Source of the DNA: an uncultured Candidatus Saccharibacteria bacterium
GTDB lineage: Bacteria > Patescibacteriota > Minisyncoccia > Phycocordibacterales > UBA9973
Reading direction: 5' to 3'
Length of the DNA: 55,285 nt
Assembly: GCA_964498035.1 (NCBI GenBank)
Contig: CAZCFW010000001.1
Span: 1 to 55,285, forward strand
Part shown: piece by piece, positions 23,960-34,922 of the stretch
How the letters are laid out: every line of letters begins with the position of its first letter
Position numbering within the stretch: position 1 is the first letter of the stretch
Translations under genes and position numbers: made by a program
The notes under the pieces: model-generated
The model's database searches: none
Seen by the model: the letters and a program-made list of their open reading frames with translations, nothing else
Told to the model about the DNA's origin: nothing

Positions 23960-25183
23960 TTACATTTTTTCTTTAGTAAGTGAGTCCTCCTTCATCAACG
24001 CACTTTGAGTGTATTTATTACTTGGGTCCCAAAGCATCCAAGAATTAATTCCAGCATCATTTGCTCCTTTAATCTGAGCCCGCACCAATTCGGGGGTGTA
24101 TTTTACCAATGTCCCTCCTTCTTTAATAGAGAAATCTTGAAGCCAAGGCCTGATCTTTTCTGCAGTGTAGCCCATTGCGACAGCTCTCGCTACCGCACTC
24201 TTCATTGTGATGTTTATCACCTCATATGGCTTTTCTGCGGGTATTTTGAAACCATTAAATCCTGAGCCAAAGTGTGAAGGATACACCATAGGTGCTATAT
24301 AATCAAAATTTGGAATTGCATCCTCAATTATCTGACCTATACCCATATCTGTCTTCTCTGTTGTAGTAAGGCCAAATAAATCTGCAGAGGTTGGAATATT
24401 GATTGGGTCTTTGACTGCGACATTCAAATTTGTAAAAAATTCCTTCATATTACTTGCGCGAGTCTCCCCTTCACCTAAGTGGTAGTTTATATCTTTTATA
24501 TTTCCATCTGATGGGTAGCGTATGTAGTCGAAATTTATTTCATCAAATCCAAGTGCGTATGCTTCCTTTGCAATCGCCACTGTGTATTTGAGTACATTTG
24601 GATTTGCCGGGTCCATAAAAGACATCCCTTTGCGGTCCTTCCACACTAGTCCGTCGCTCTTTCTTGTCATTGACCACTCTGGATATTTCTTTGTCATCAA
24701 TGAATCCTGGAAAACTGAAACACGACCTATGATATAAATATTTTTATCGTGAAGCATTTTTGTGAGAGCTACTATATCCTTGATTCTCTTTTGAGTAGTG
24801 CCGAAATCTTTTAGATATGGATCATTTACTTCAAAAGAAATATATCCAGTTGAATCTTTTATATCTATTACAATGGCATTTATCTCTGTACTGTCTATAA
24901 GTGATATTATGCGATCTCTTGGCACAGCTGAGCCGGCAGTCCACGCAGAAATATATACTGCTTTAAGCTCTTTTGGAGTAGGTAGGTGAACAATAGGAGG
25001 CGGAACTGGTATGGTCGGTACTTGCAGAGCAGAATTCACTTCTCCCTTAAGTGCACCTCCGTCAGCTACATTGTTGTCCGCAGAATAGTTGTATGACTTT
25101 AGGTTTAAGAAATAGAAAACAGCAGCACAAATTACCATAAGTGCAATTATTATATACCAAAAATGTTTCCCGAAATATTTCAT
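23960..25183 (-). CDS. Putative glycoside-hydrolase-like TIM-barrel protein (DUF4015-like), membrane anchored
   Basis: N-terminal TM segment. KAVYISAWTAGS...INAIVIDIKDSTGYISF...FDEINFDYIRYP fits DUF4015 as recalled. Confidence 0.6.
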   Translation of the reverse strand: MKYFGKHFWYIIIALMVICAAVFYFLNLKSYNYSADNNVADGGALKGEVNSALQVPTIPVPPPIVHLPTPKELKAVYISAWTAGSAVPRDRIISLIDSTEINAIVIDIKDSTGYISFEVNDPYLKDFGTTQKRIKDIVALTKMLHDKNIYIIGRVSVFQDSLMTKKYPEWSMTRKSDGLVWKDRKGMSFMDPANPNVLKYTVAIAKEAYALGFDEINFDYIRYPSDGNIKDINYHLGEGETRASNMKEFFTNLNVAVKDPINIPTSADLFGLTTTEKTDMGIGQIIEDAIPNFDYIAPMVYPSHFGSGFNGFKIPAEKPYEVINITMKSAVARAVAMGYTAEKIRPWLQDFSIKEGGTLVKYTPELVRAQIKGANDAGINSWMLWDPSNKYTQSALMKEDSLTKEKM

Positions 25184-25185
25184 TA

Positions 25186-25413
25186 TTAAACTCGCGGTGC
25201 GATATTATCTATAAAACTTTCCATGACATTTTCTTTAGGAATGCGAGCTTTATTCTGCTTGTAAAATAGGTATGCAAGGTAAAGTATGCAAATTCCTGTA
25301 AGTATAAATAATATTTTACGCCAGCTATTTGGGAAGCCTAAAAATGGTAGGAATATAATCCATACGCCAAGTATAAAAAGTGTTTTTTCTTTTCTCATAT
25401 TTGTATTATACAT
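25186..25413 (-). CDS. Small two-TM membrane protein, hypothetical
   Basis: 75-aa ORF tightly packed between rsmI and the downstream gene. Two hydrophobic segments. Confidence 0.4.
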   Translation of the reverse strand: MYNTNMRKEKTLFILGVWIIFLPFLGFPNSWRKILFILTGICILYLAYLFYKQNKARIPKENVMESFIDNIAPRV

Positions 25414-25416
25414 TAA

Positions 25417-26109
25417 TTATAATGGTGCTACAATCACCACAAACTCTCCTTTTTGCTTATTTGTATCGCCTTCTAGTACCTTAAGTAATTCCTCTGGTGT
25501 GCCTGTTAGGAATTCTTCATAAAACTTCGTCAATTCTCTTGCAATCGTAACTTTTTTCTCTGGGCAAACTTTTGTCATTGATTCTAAAGCCTTGAGGATT
25601 CTGTGAGATGATTCATAGAAGACCATAGGCCGTGCGCTTGTAGCTATTTCTTTAAAAAGTGTTTCCCTACCCTTCTTGTGTGGAAGAAAACCCAAGAATA
25701 CAAAGTCCGCGACCGATACTCCGCAAGCAGATAGTGCTGTGACTAGTGCTGATGCTCCAGGTATGGGTACTACTTTTGAATCATTTCCAAATTCACTTTT
25801 GATTTGTGATATGAGTAATACTCCAGGATCTGATATGCATGGTGTTCCAGCGTCTGAGACTAGTGCCAAGTTTTTGCCGTCACGGATAAGCTCGAGTATT
25901 GCATTTGCTTTGCCTTCGGTGCTGTGAGTGTGGTAGCTTATGCATTTAGTCTTAATCTCGTATTTATTTAGAAGTGTATGTGTGGTGCGAGTATCTTCAC
26001 AAAGAATTATATCCACTTCTTTGAGTATTCGAAGTGCGCGAAGAGTGATATCCTCTAGGTTTCCTATCGGAGTTGCGACCACATAGAGTGTGCCAAGTTC
26101 ATTTTCCAT
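25417..26109 (-). CDS. rsmI: 16S rRNA (cytidine1402-2'-O)-methyltransferase
   Basis: GTLYVVATPIGNLEDITLRALRILKEVDIILCEDTR is the hallmark RsmI N-terminus. Confidence 0.9.
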   Translation of the reverse strand: MENELGTLYVVATPIGNLEDITLRALRILKEVDIILCEDTRTTHTLLNKYEIKTKCISYHTHSTEGKANAILELIRDGKNLALVSDAGTPCISDPGVLLISQIKSEFGNDSKVVPIPGASALVTALSACGVSVADFVFLGFLPHKKGRETLFKEIATSARPMVFYESSHRILKALESMTKVCPEKKVTIARELTKFYEEFLTGTPEELLKVLEGDTNKQKGEFVVIVAPL

Positions 26110-26117
26110 ATTTGGCT

Positions 26118-26126
26118 ATTATAACA
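26118..26126 (-). promoter_or_regulatory. Extended -10 box TGTTATAAT (minus), 8 nt upstream of ATG 26109
   Basis: Reverse complement of ATTATAACA with an 8-nt gap. Confidence 0.55.
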
Positions 26127-26171
26127 CAAAATCCTCCTCGACATGTATCGGGGAGGATTTTGAAAACTCAA

Positions 26172-26513
26172 TTATAGGAACATTAATATAGCACCAATGA
26201 GTGCAAGATTTTTCATGAAGCTTATCTTCTCACCCTCATGCCCTGCTTTCCAGAATGCATGCATAGAAAATGTAGTAGGGACTAAGAATACAAGCAAGAG
26301 GACTAATGATTCAGATACATATGTGTTTAGTAATAGTCCTGCTCCACCTACGATAAGCATCACACCTGTAGCCATAACTGCAAGTTCTGGTAATGGAATA
26401 CCTTTACTCTTAGTGTAAGCGTGTAAGCCTTGTGAATTTGTAAAATGACTAATACCAGAATACAAGAAGTATCCAGCAAAGAGAACGCGTCCGATAAGTG
26501 AAAGTGCTAACAT
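26172..26513 (-). CDS. DoxX family membrane protein
   Basis: IGRVLFAGYFLYSGISHF and four hydrophobic segments are typical of DoxX. Confidence 0.65.
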   Translation of the reverse strand: MLALSLIGRVLFAGYFLYSGISHFTNSQGLHAYTKSKGIPLPELAVMATGVMLIVGGAGLLLNTYVSESLVLLLVFLVPTTFSMHAFWKAGHEGEKISFMKNLALIGAILMFL

Positions 26514-26521
26514 TTTATTTA

Positions 26522-27496
26522 TTATGCCTTGCTTGTGTGCTTCGGCAATCTTAATCTATTAATAATATTTACATTATACCACCATTTTAATTTACAAGAA
26601 AGATTACAATATGCGACTCCTCCTGATGGATGGTTTGGCGGGTTCTCCTCTAGGCAATTCTCGCAACAGATAAAGTGATCATGACAATTTAAATTTGCGC
26701 AGTTCACATAGTGCTCACTAGCTGTGCCACACTTCTTACATTTACCAATTATTTCGTGCTTACCTTCTTCGTCGAAGTTCACAGCTATTCTCTTGTCGAA
26801 GACATAGAGTGATCCTTTGAAATTCTGGCCAGGATACTTCTCCATATATGTGACCATTCCGCCATCGAGCTGATAGACATCTTTGAATCCTTCTCGCACG
26901 AGGAGTCCTGAGGCTTTCTCACAGCGTACACCACCAGTACATACTGTGAGCACCGTCTTGTCTTTCAATTCTTCAATCTTTTTTAAATTTCCTTTAAGGT
27001 CGCGGAAATTGTCGAGCTCTGGGAAAACCGTGCCCTCAAATTTACCCACTTCAAGTTCATAACCATTACGCATATCTACGATATGGAATTCTTTACCTTG
27101 CTCATACCACTTGTGAAGTTCCTCAGGCTTTAAATGCACTCCAGTAATTTTATTGGGATCTATGTCTTCTTCTTCGCCAAGGTGAAGTGACACAATCTCA
27201 GGGCGGACTCGCACGCGTAGCCTTGGGAATGCTGTGCCATCCTCTGTACCCTTACTAACTTTCCAGTGAATGTCGGTAAAACGAGGGTCTGCCTTCATCA
27301 TTTCCTGATACTCCTTACAAGCTTCATTTGTGCCCTCAATAGTGCCATTTATCCCCTCCTTGGCCACTATGATGCGCCCTTTCATGTTGCGCTCCTTACA
27401 GAAGGCAATTTGAGCGTTTTTAAGGGCTTCTGGGTCCTCTATATTGGCGTATTTATAGTACAAAAGCACTGTGTATTTGTTGGTGTTTTTCTCCAT
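26522..27496 (-). CDS. trhO: Rhodanese-domain tRNA uridine(34) hydroxylase (UPF0176/TrhO)
   Basis: LLYYKY..I.DPE........C....MKGRIIVAKEGINGTI, a rhodanese loop CTGGVRCEK, and a C-terminal Cys cluster. Confidence 0.85.
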   Translation of the reverse strand: MEKNTNKYTVLLYYKYANIEDPEALKNAQIAFCKERNMKGRIIVAKEGINGTIEGTNEACKEYQEMMKADPRFTDIHWKVSKGTEDGTAFPRLRVRVRPEIVSLHLGEEEDIDPNKITGVHLKPEELHKWYEQGKEFHIVDMRNGYELEVGKFEGTVFPELDNFRDLKGNLKKIEELKDKTVLTVCTGGVRCEKASGLLVREGFKDVYQLDGGMVTYMEKYPGQNFKGSLYVFDKRIAVNFDEEGKHEIIGKCKKCGTASEHYVNCANLNCHDHFICCENCLEENPPNHPSGGVAYCNLSCKLKWWYNVNIINRLRLPKHTSKA

Positions 27497-27504
27497 ATTT
27501 TTGT

Positions 27505-27513
27505 ATTATAGCA
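27505..27513 (-). promoter_or_regulatory. Extended -10 box TGCTATAAT (minus), 8 nt upstream of ATG 27496
   Basis: Reverse complement of ATTATAGCA with an 8-nt gap. Confidence 0.55.
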
Positions 27514-27593
27514 GATTTCAGTCTTTTCATTAATCCCCTATTTGTATTGCTAAAGCAGGAAATAAGTAGTATAGTTTCAAAAAAAGCTGAATA

Positions 27594-28253
27594 GTGATTC
27601 AGTACCAAAAACATTTAAAAATTTTAATCATGGAAATCGAGAATCATCCTTCCTATTTTAACCTCATGTCTGCAGAGACATTGCCACAATCTGGCTATTA
27701 CTTTTCATCACAACACGGTAATATTAAAAGCCCAATATTCCACTGTAAAAAAGATGGGTTTGAGATTTTTAAAAAATTTTGTGACGAAAACAGCCTGACG
27801 CCTCAGATTCAATTGCATCTCTTGCATAAGCTTATGAGCAGAAAGATGTGTAATATTCTTTCGGAAGTTGACAGTGATTTCTATCTGGATCGTGAAGATG
27901 AGAACGAATTTATTCTTAATATCACAGAGTACTATAGCAGAGTGGAAGGTTCCATTGAATTTGCCGCTAAGGAATACCACCCAATGCTTAAAGAAGGTAA
28001 GAACTTGAGTATTAAGAAAGTTGACCTTTACTTCAGGGATTTAAGTCACACAGGAGACGATGTAGTTACAGAGATTCGTGAATTTAAATCTAAGGAAATG
28101 TTCTTACAATGGATTTCTTCTTCTGAAGCGGTGAATAATATTTCATTCGATGAAAGGAAACGGCTTGGCAAGATGATTCGTAATTTTGCCATCGAAGAAT
28201 TTTATGATGATGAAGAAAAAAATTATTCATTTTTACCAAATGTTGAGGGCTAA
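27594..28253 (+). CDS. Hypothetical acidic cytoplasmic protein (start uncertain: GTG 27594 or ATG 27630)
   Basis: Single long ORF bounded by a divergent promoter region and a bidirectional terminator. No recognisable domain. Confidence 0.45.
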   Translation: MIQYQKHLKILIMEIENHPSYFNLMSAETLPQSGYYFSSQHGNIKSPIFHCKKDGFEIFKKFCDENSLTPQIQLHLLHKLMSRKMCNILSEVDSDFYLDREDENEFILNITEYYSRVEGSIEFAAKEYHPMLKEGKNLSIKKVDLYFRDLSHTGDDVVTEIREFKSKEMFLQWISSSEAVNNISFDERKRLGKMIRNFAIEEFYDDEEKNYSFLPNVEG

Positions 28254-28272
28254 TCCTATTAACCCCCAAAAG

Positions 28273-28306
28273 AAAAAAACGCAAGCCTTACCAGCTTGCG
28301 TGTTTT
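28273..28306. terminator. Bidirectional terminator
   Basis: AAAAAAACGCAAGC-CTTACCA-GCTTGCGTGTTTTT. Confidence 0.75.
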
Positions 28307-28324
28307 TAAATATCAAATTTTAAA

Positions 28325-28771
28325 CTATTTACGATACTTACGAGTCTTCCACTTGTCGGCGATTTTCACGCGAGTGAGAGTTCTTTCAAGTTCGGCTTCA
28401 AAGTGCTCGAAGTCCACGTGCTCTTTGTTCTCTGTAAGCTTATGAAGCTCTTCTGCCTTAGCTTTCGCCTTTTCGATTTCTTCATCAGTAATTCCACTCA
28501 CATGCTCAGCAAAGTCGGCAAGGATTGCGACAGTAGTCACCCCATCCTCTTTCTTTACTTCAATGAATCCGCCAGCTACAGCCATTGGGATATGCTCGCC
28601 GTTCTCAAACGCCACAATGTCGCCTGATGCAAGTGATGCAATGAGAGGCACATGGTCTGGCATAATAGTAATTTCCCCTTCAGTAGTGGGAAGAGTTACA
28701 TATTCCACCATTTCCTCGAGAATCAATCTCTCTGGTGTGACGATTTTTAGTTGTAATTTTTTTATTGACAT
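28325..28771 (-). CDS. atpC: F0F1 ATP synthase subunit epsilon
   Basis: L.IVTPER......V..V.LPT.EGE..I...H.P.I..L..G is the epsilon N-terminal beta-sandwich pattern, with a helical C-terminus. Confidence 0.85.
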   Translation of the reverse strand: MSIKKLQLKIVTPERLILEEMVEYVTLPTTEGEITIMPDHVPLIASLASGDIVAFENGEHIPMAVAGGFIEVKKEDGVTTVAILADFAEHVSGITDEEIEKAKAKAEELHKLTENKEHVDFEHFEAELERTLTRVKIADKWKTRKYRK

Positions 28772-28793
28772 TTTACTTTTATGATTATATAAT
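28765..28793 (+). promoter_or_regulatory. Consensus promoter TTGACA-17-TATAAT on the plus strand, opposite to the atp operon
   Basis: Perfect hexamers with a 17-nt spacer. Caveat: ATTATATAAT also reads TATAAT on the minus strand, 12 nt upstream of the atpC ATG. Confidence 0.45.
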
Positions 28794-28819
28794 GAAGTCC
28801 ATTTTAAAATGATAACGCC

Positions 28820-28966
28820 ATGTTTGACTACAATGCTCTTTTGGAACTTTTAGATCCGAAACCAATAAGTTTCTATCTATTTTTTGGAATCTGTAGTTTT
28901 TTATACTACATTATAGCCCCATTCTTTTTTCTTTCTATGCTAAATGCACACCAGAAAAAAAATTAA
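28820..28966 (+). CDS. Candidate 48-aa hydrophobic peptide MFDYNALLELLDPKPISFYLFFGICSFLYYIIAPFFFLSMLNAHQKKN
   Basis: Hand-translated, too short for the ORF track. It lies between the consensus promoter and a plus-oriented terminator in the atpD-atpC gap. One predicted TM helix. Confidence 0.25.
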   Translation: MFDYNALLELLDPKPISFYLFFGICSFLYYIIAPFFFLSMLNAHQKKN

Positions 28967-28984
28967 ACCAAATTCTAATCATTT

Positions 28985-29027
28985 AACAGAGATTGCTTTT
29001 ACCTTAAAAGTTGTCTCTGTTTTTTTA
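28985..29027 (+). terminator. Rho-independent terminator oriented for the plus strand
   Basis: AACAGAGA...CTTTTA-CCT-TAAAAG...TCTCTGTT hairpin followed by T7. There is no U-tract in the minus-strand reading. Confidence 0.6.
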
Positions 29028-30714
<1,687 letters not shown>

Positions 30715-30721
30715 ATATTTT

Positions 30722-31651
30722 TTAACTCACACTCGCCATACCGGCACTAATTTCTGATATCTCCTGCGTGATCGACGCTTGGCGGGCTTTGTTGAATGCT
30801 AAGGTGAGGTCGTCTATCATTTCTCCTGCGGCTTCCGATGCGTTCTTCATTGCCACCATTCTGGATGATTGCTCGCTGGCGTTCGATTCAAGGAGCATCT
30901 GGTAAATCTGCATTCGGGATAATTTCTCAGCTAAGCTTCCAATGAGTGCATTCTGGTCTCCTTCAAAGAGATACTCAATCTTCTTTGTTGCACTATTATC
31001 AAGTTCGTCTTTTACATCTGCATTTTCTCCTACTGTATCAATCAATTCTTTTATCTGTTCTTTTGATATTGGTAGGATCTGTTTGATATTTGGTTTTTGT
31101 GAAAGAGCGGAAACGAAGTCGGTGTATGCTATTAAAATTTTATCGTATTTATTTTCTTTGTATTGGTCTACCACGAATTTCGATATCGGTACCACATCAT
31201 TTAGATTTATATTGTCCGGCAATTCTGTGAATGTGGCAATGATGTTCTTCCCTATTCTCCTCATTGCTGTGTCACCCTTTTTTCCGACTGTAACCAAATC
31301 AATATTAATGAAGTCGGACTTCCTTAAATCTATATTTTGTTTAAGTAATGCCAAAACTTTCTTGGTGACTTGAGCGTTGTAGGCTCCGCAGAGTCCGCGG
31401 TTTGAGGTGATGAGGACGAGGAGGACATTTTTTACTTCGCGCTGTACGAATAGTGGGTGCTTTATCTCCTCTGTGCTGTTTGCAATAGAAGTAAGAATCT
31501 CCCAAGAGTACCCAGCGTATAGTCGGGATGCAAGTGTGGAAGAAACCGCACGCTTCATCTTGGAAGCCGCCACGAGCTCCATAGCTTTCGTGATCTTTTT
31601 AGTGTTCTTCACACTCTTTATTCTTCTTTTGATTTCTTTTGTTCCAGCCAT
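30722..31651 (-). CDS. atpG: F0F1 ATP synthase subunit gamma
   Basis: IKRRIKSVKNTKKITKAMELVAASKMKRA N-terminus and ITQEISEI..G C-terminus are canonical gamma. Confidence 0.9.
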   Translation of the reverse strand: MAGTKEIKRRIKSVKNTKKITKAMELVAASKMKRAVSSTLASRLYAGYSWEILTSIANSTEEIKHPLFVQREVKNVLLVLITSNRGLCGAYNAQVTKKVLALLKQNIDLRKSDFINIDLVTVGKKGDTAMRRIGKNIIATFTELPDNINLNDVVPISKFVVDQYKENKYDKILIAYTDFVSALSQKPNIKQILPISKEQIKELIDTVGENADVKDELDNSATKKIEYLFEGDQNALIGSLAEKLSRMQIYQMLLESNASEQSSRMVAMKNASEAAGEMIDDLTLAFNKARQASITQEISEISAGMASVS

Positions 31652-31655
31652 ATAA

Positions 31656-32144
31656 TTATTTATTACCTAATTCAAATAAACCCACAGTACAACCCCAACT
31701 CATAGCTTGAATATATTGTTTATCGTTATCATTAATTCCTTCTACTGTGTAAACTGGTCCCCATGCACCTTCCCAGCCTGGTACTGGAGTTCCTCCAAAG
31801 TAACTAACTTGTATCGATGTACCTTTTAATCTTACTTTCTCTCCCCGTTTTACTTTGAAAATATTACTATCTTTAATGTCATCAAAACGATAACCGTATT
31901 CTTCTGCAACTTCTTCTTTTGAAGATTCAAAATCAACTTCTCTTGCATCTCCTGGTATTACTGTACCCTTAGGTACTTGATCTACAGGCTCGCACGAAGG
32001 TTTTATTTTATTAAATAAAACCTTGTTTGACTCAATGCTTCTAAACTTAAATATAAAAAGGGCAATTAATAACACAACCACAACCCCAATTACCACAAGG
32101 AATATTTTTTTAATTTTATTACTTTTTACTGGAGCTGATTCCAT
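31656..32144 (-). CDS. Hypothetical membrane-anchored protein (162 aa) inserted between atpA and atpG
   Basis: N-terminal TM segment (IFLVVIGVVVVLLIALFIF) followed by a ~120-aa domain with conserved-looking Cys, Trp and Gly. Gaps of 3-4 nt to the neighbouring atp genes. Confidence 0.55.
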   Translation of the reverse strand: MESAPVKSNKIKKIFLVVIGVVVVLLIALFIFKFRSIESNKVLFNKIKPSCEPVDQVPKGTVIPGDAREVDFESSKEEVAEEYGYRFDDIKDSNIFKVKRGEKVRLKGTSIQVSYFGGTPVPGWEGAWGPVYTVEGINDNDKQYIQAMSWGCTVGLFELGNK

Positions 32145-32147
32145 AAT

Positions 32148-33650
32148 TTATTTCATAAACCCAGTCTTGAAATCCGTTAACGCTTTCTTGAAAGCTTCTT
32201 CACTTGCATCTTCCCACATTTTTTTCTCGCGGATATCCTTGAAGAATTGTGGAGCAGAACGCTCTGTGTATTCTACTAGGCCCTGCTCGAATTCCTTAAT
32301 CTTTTCCACTGGCACATCATCCATGTGTCCCTTTACGAGCGCATAGAAGATTGCTACTTGGTGCTCCACGATAACCGGTGCGTACTGTGGTTGCTTTAGC
32401 ACTTCCACTGCACGCTTTCCACGCTCAAGCTGGCGCTTGGTAGCGTCGTCGAGGTCGGAGCCGAATTGTGCGAAAGCTTCAAGTTCACGGAACTGCGCAA
32501 GGTCGAGCTTCAATGTTCCAGCCACTTTCTTCATAGCTTTAATCTGAGCAGATGATCCCACGCGAGACACTGAGAATCCCACGTTTACCGCAGGGCGGAT
32601 ACCCTTGTAGAAGAGGTCTGTTTCAAGGAAGATTTGTCCGTCTGTAATTGAGATCACGTTTGTAGGAATGTATGCAGAGATGTCTCCAGCTTGAGTTTCG
32701 ATAATAGGAAGCGCTGTGATAGATCCACCACCGTAGTCCGCATTTCGGCGGCATGCACGCTCTAGCAATCTTGAGTGCAAGTAGAACACGTCTCCAGGGT
32801 AAGCTTCACGTCCTGGTGGTCGGCGGAGAAGAAGTGAGATTTCGCGGTATGCCACAGCGTGCTTGGAAAGATCATCGTAAATAATGAGCACGTCTTGGCC
32901 TTTATCCATGAAGTATTCTGCAATAGCGACTCCAGTATATGGAGCGATGTATGATAGCGCTGCAGACTCTGACGCACCTGCTGATACGATGACTGTGTAT
33001 TCCATAGCACCACCTTCTTCAAGACGAGCTTGGAGTTTGCGTAGTTTAGAATCTTTTTGACCGATTGAAACGTAAACACAAATCATGTTCTGGCCCTTTT
33101 GGTTTAGGATTGCGTCGATAGCGATTGCAGTCTTTCCTGTCTGGCGGTCACCGATGATGAGCTCACGCTGTCCACGGCCGATAGGAATAAGAGCGTCGAT
33201 AGCTTTGATACCTGTCTGCACTGGTTGGTCCACACCCTTACGAGTCACCACTCCAGGAGCAACTTTCTCAATAGGATTTGTAGCTGTAGTTTTGATAGCA
33301 CCCTTACCATCGATAGCTTCACCACGCGCATTTACGACACGGCCGATGAGTGCGTCGCCCACATTTACTTCCAGGATTCTTCCTGTAGCGCGAACTTCGT
33401 CGCCTTCCTTGATATCACCGAATTCTCCGAGAATGATAACTCCAACGAATTCTTCTTCAAGGTTAAGAGCCACACCCACAACTCCTGTTGGGAATGTAAC
33501 CATTTCTGATGCTTTGATATCTGAAAGTCCAGAAATTTTTGCAATACCGTCGAATACTTCCACTACCTTACCTACTTTCTCTACTGCCACTTCCCCAGAG
33601 AAGTTTTCGATTTGCTTTCTTAAATTGTCTACAATGTTATTTTTGGCCAT
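32148..33650 (-). CDS. atpA: F0F1 ATP synthase subunit alpha
   Basis: GDRQTGKT Walker [10 protein letters not shown] and [20 protein letters not shown] motifs. Confidence 0.97.
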   Translation of the reverse strand: MAKNNIVDNLRKQIENFSGEVAVEKVGKVVEVFDGIAKISGLSDIKASEMVTFPTGVVGVALNLEEEFVGVIILGEFGDIKEGDEVRATGRILEVNVGDALIGRVVNARGEAIDGKGAIKTTATNPIEKVAPGVVTRKGVDQPVQTGIKAIDALIPIGRGQRELIIGDRQTGKTAIAIDAILNQKGQNMICVYVSIGQKDSKLRKLQARLEEGGAMEYTVIVSAGASESAALSYIAPYTGVAIAEYFMDKGQDVLIIYDDLSKHAVAYREISLLLRRPPGREAYPGDVFYLHSRLLERACRRNADYGGGSITALPIIETQAGDISAYIPTNVISITDGQIFLETDLFYKGIRPAVNVGFSVSRVGSSAQIKAMKKVAGTLKLDLAQFRELEAFAQFGSDLDDATKRQLERGKRAVEVLKQPQYAPVIVEHQVAIFYALVKGHMDDVPVEKIKEFEQGLVEYTERSAPQFFKDIREKKMWEDASEEAFKKALTDFKTGFMK

Positions 33651-33654
33651 AAAA

Positions 33655-34062
33655 TTAATTTTTTAGTAACTTTGCTTGTAATTGATGAATTTTGTTTGAT
33701 ATCGTCAGGTCTAGTACATCTTCTCCTACTTCGATTTTTGCTCCGCCGATCACATTCTTATCTATCTCACTTTTGATCTCAACTTTCTCTGCTTTGTAAT
33801 AATTCTTTAAGAAGTGAATGATATCCGTGTGACTCTTCTCTGCTAATTCTCTACTTGTCGTAACTTTCGCTGTGAGGTTACCTTCTTCTTCATCCTCAAT
33901 TTTTTTGATTTTCTCTAGCAACCTTTTCGAATCCTTTATCATTCTGTGTTTTTGGAGTAGCTTCACCACATTCTCATTGATTTGGGTGCGGAGAGTAGCT
34001 GAAGCATCTTTTTCTGCTTCATATACTGCGCGTGCTATATCATTGAGTTTAATTGTTGACAT
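33655..34062 (-). CDS. atpH: F0F1 ATP synthase subunit delta (short, 135 aa)
   Basis: Position between atpF and atpA, plus the C-terminal [25 protein letters not shown]-type motif. Confidence 0.7.
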   Translation of the reverse strand: MSTIKLNDIARAVYEAEKDASATLRTQINENVVKLLQKHRMIKDSKRLLEKIKKIEDEEEGNLTAKVTTSRELAEKSHTDIIHFLKNYYKAEKVEIKSEIDKNVIGGAKIEVGEDVLDLTISNKIHQLQAKLLKN

Positions 34063-34070
34063 AAATCTAT

Positions 34071-34565
34071 TTAAGAAATTTTACTGATTCTTTTTGTTAC
34101 TTTTGTATCGATGCTCTCGTCTGTGATATCTGTGATCAATTTCTCTGTAGCAGAAACTACAAGAGAAACAATTTCTCTCTTCGCATCTTCCATCATTTTA
34201 GCTTTCTCTGCTTCAAGATTTCTCTTGCCAGCTTCTACCATCTTTTCTACATCAAGCTTTGCTTCTTCAAGCATAAGAGCTTTCTTCTCTTCTGCTTCCT
34301 TCTTACCTTCTTGGAAGATAGTGTGAGCTTCTGCGCGAGCGTCGGCTATGACCTTCGCATATTCATCCTTTGTAGTCTTTAGGATTTCTGCATTTCTCTT
34401 CGCATCTTCTACCCCACCCTTTATAGAGTCCGCACGCTCAGCCATGAGCTTGCGTAGTGGCTTGAGCACTAGGAAATAAAGAATGATAAGTACTATAACG
34501 AAGTTAATCGCTTGAGCGATTATGATTTTCCAGTCGATATGAAATGTAGTGATGAATGAATCCAT
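34071..34565 (-). CDS. atpF: F0F1 ATP synthase subunit b
   Basis: One N-terminal TM helix followed by a long charged helix (AEAEKAKMMEDAKRE...). Operon position supports the call. Confidence 0.8.
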   Translation of the reverse strand: MDSFITTFHIDWKIIIAQAINFVIVLIILYFLVLKPLRKLMAERADSIKGGVEDAKRNAEILKTTKDEYAKVIADARAEAHTIFQEGKKEAEEKKALMLEEAKLDVEKMVEAGKRNLEAEKAKMMEDAKREIVSLVVSATEKLITDITDESIDTKVTKRISKIS

Positions 34566-34655
34566 AATTTTCAGTTAAATTTGTTTATAAAATAAATTTT
34601 TCGCTCCTTGCTCCTAGCTCTTAGGATAGACTAATAGCTAGATGCAAATAGCGAA

Positions 34656-34892
<237 letters not shown>

Positions 34893-34922
34893 TTAATTAA
34901 TTAATAATATTGACCTCTAATT

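Noticed and set aside
33085-33666. 193-aa plus-strand ORF (with 33225-33509 and the minus-strand 32762-33079) overlapping atpA
   Set aside because: These ORFs lie entirely inside the strongly supported atpA gene. The translations are low-complexity (Ser/Pro/Thr-rich), as expected for shadow frames of a conserved gene.
34566-34655. 90-nt atpE-atpF spacer with small hairpins as a special regulatory element
   Set aside because: The stems are short (6 bp). Spacers with weak structures after the c-subunit gene are common in atp operons, and nothing distinctive could be supported by eye.
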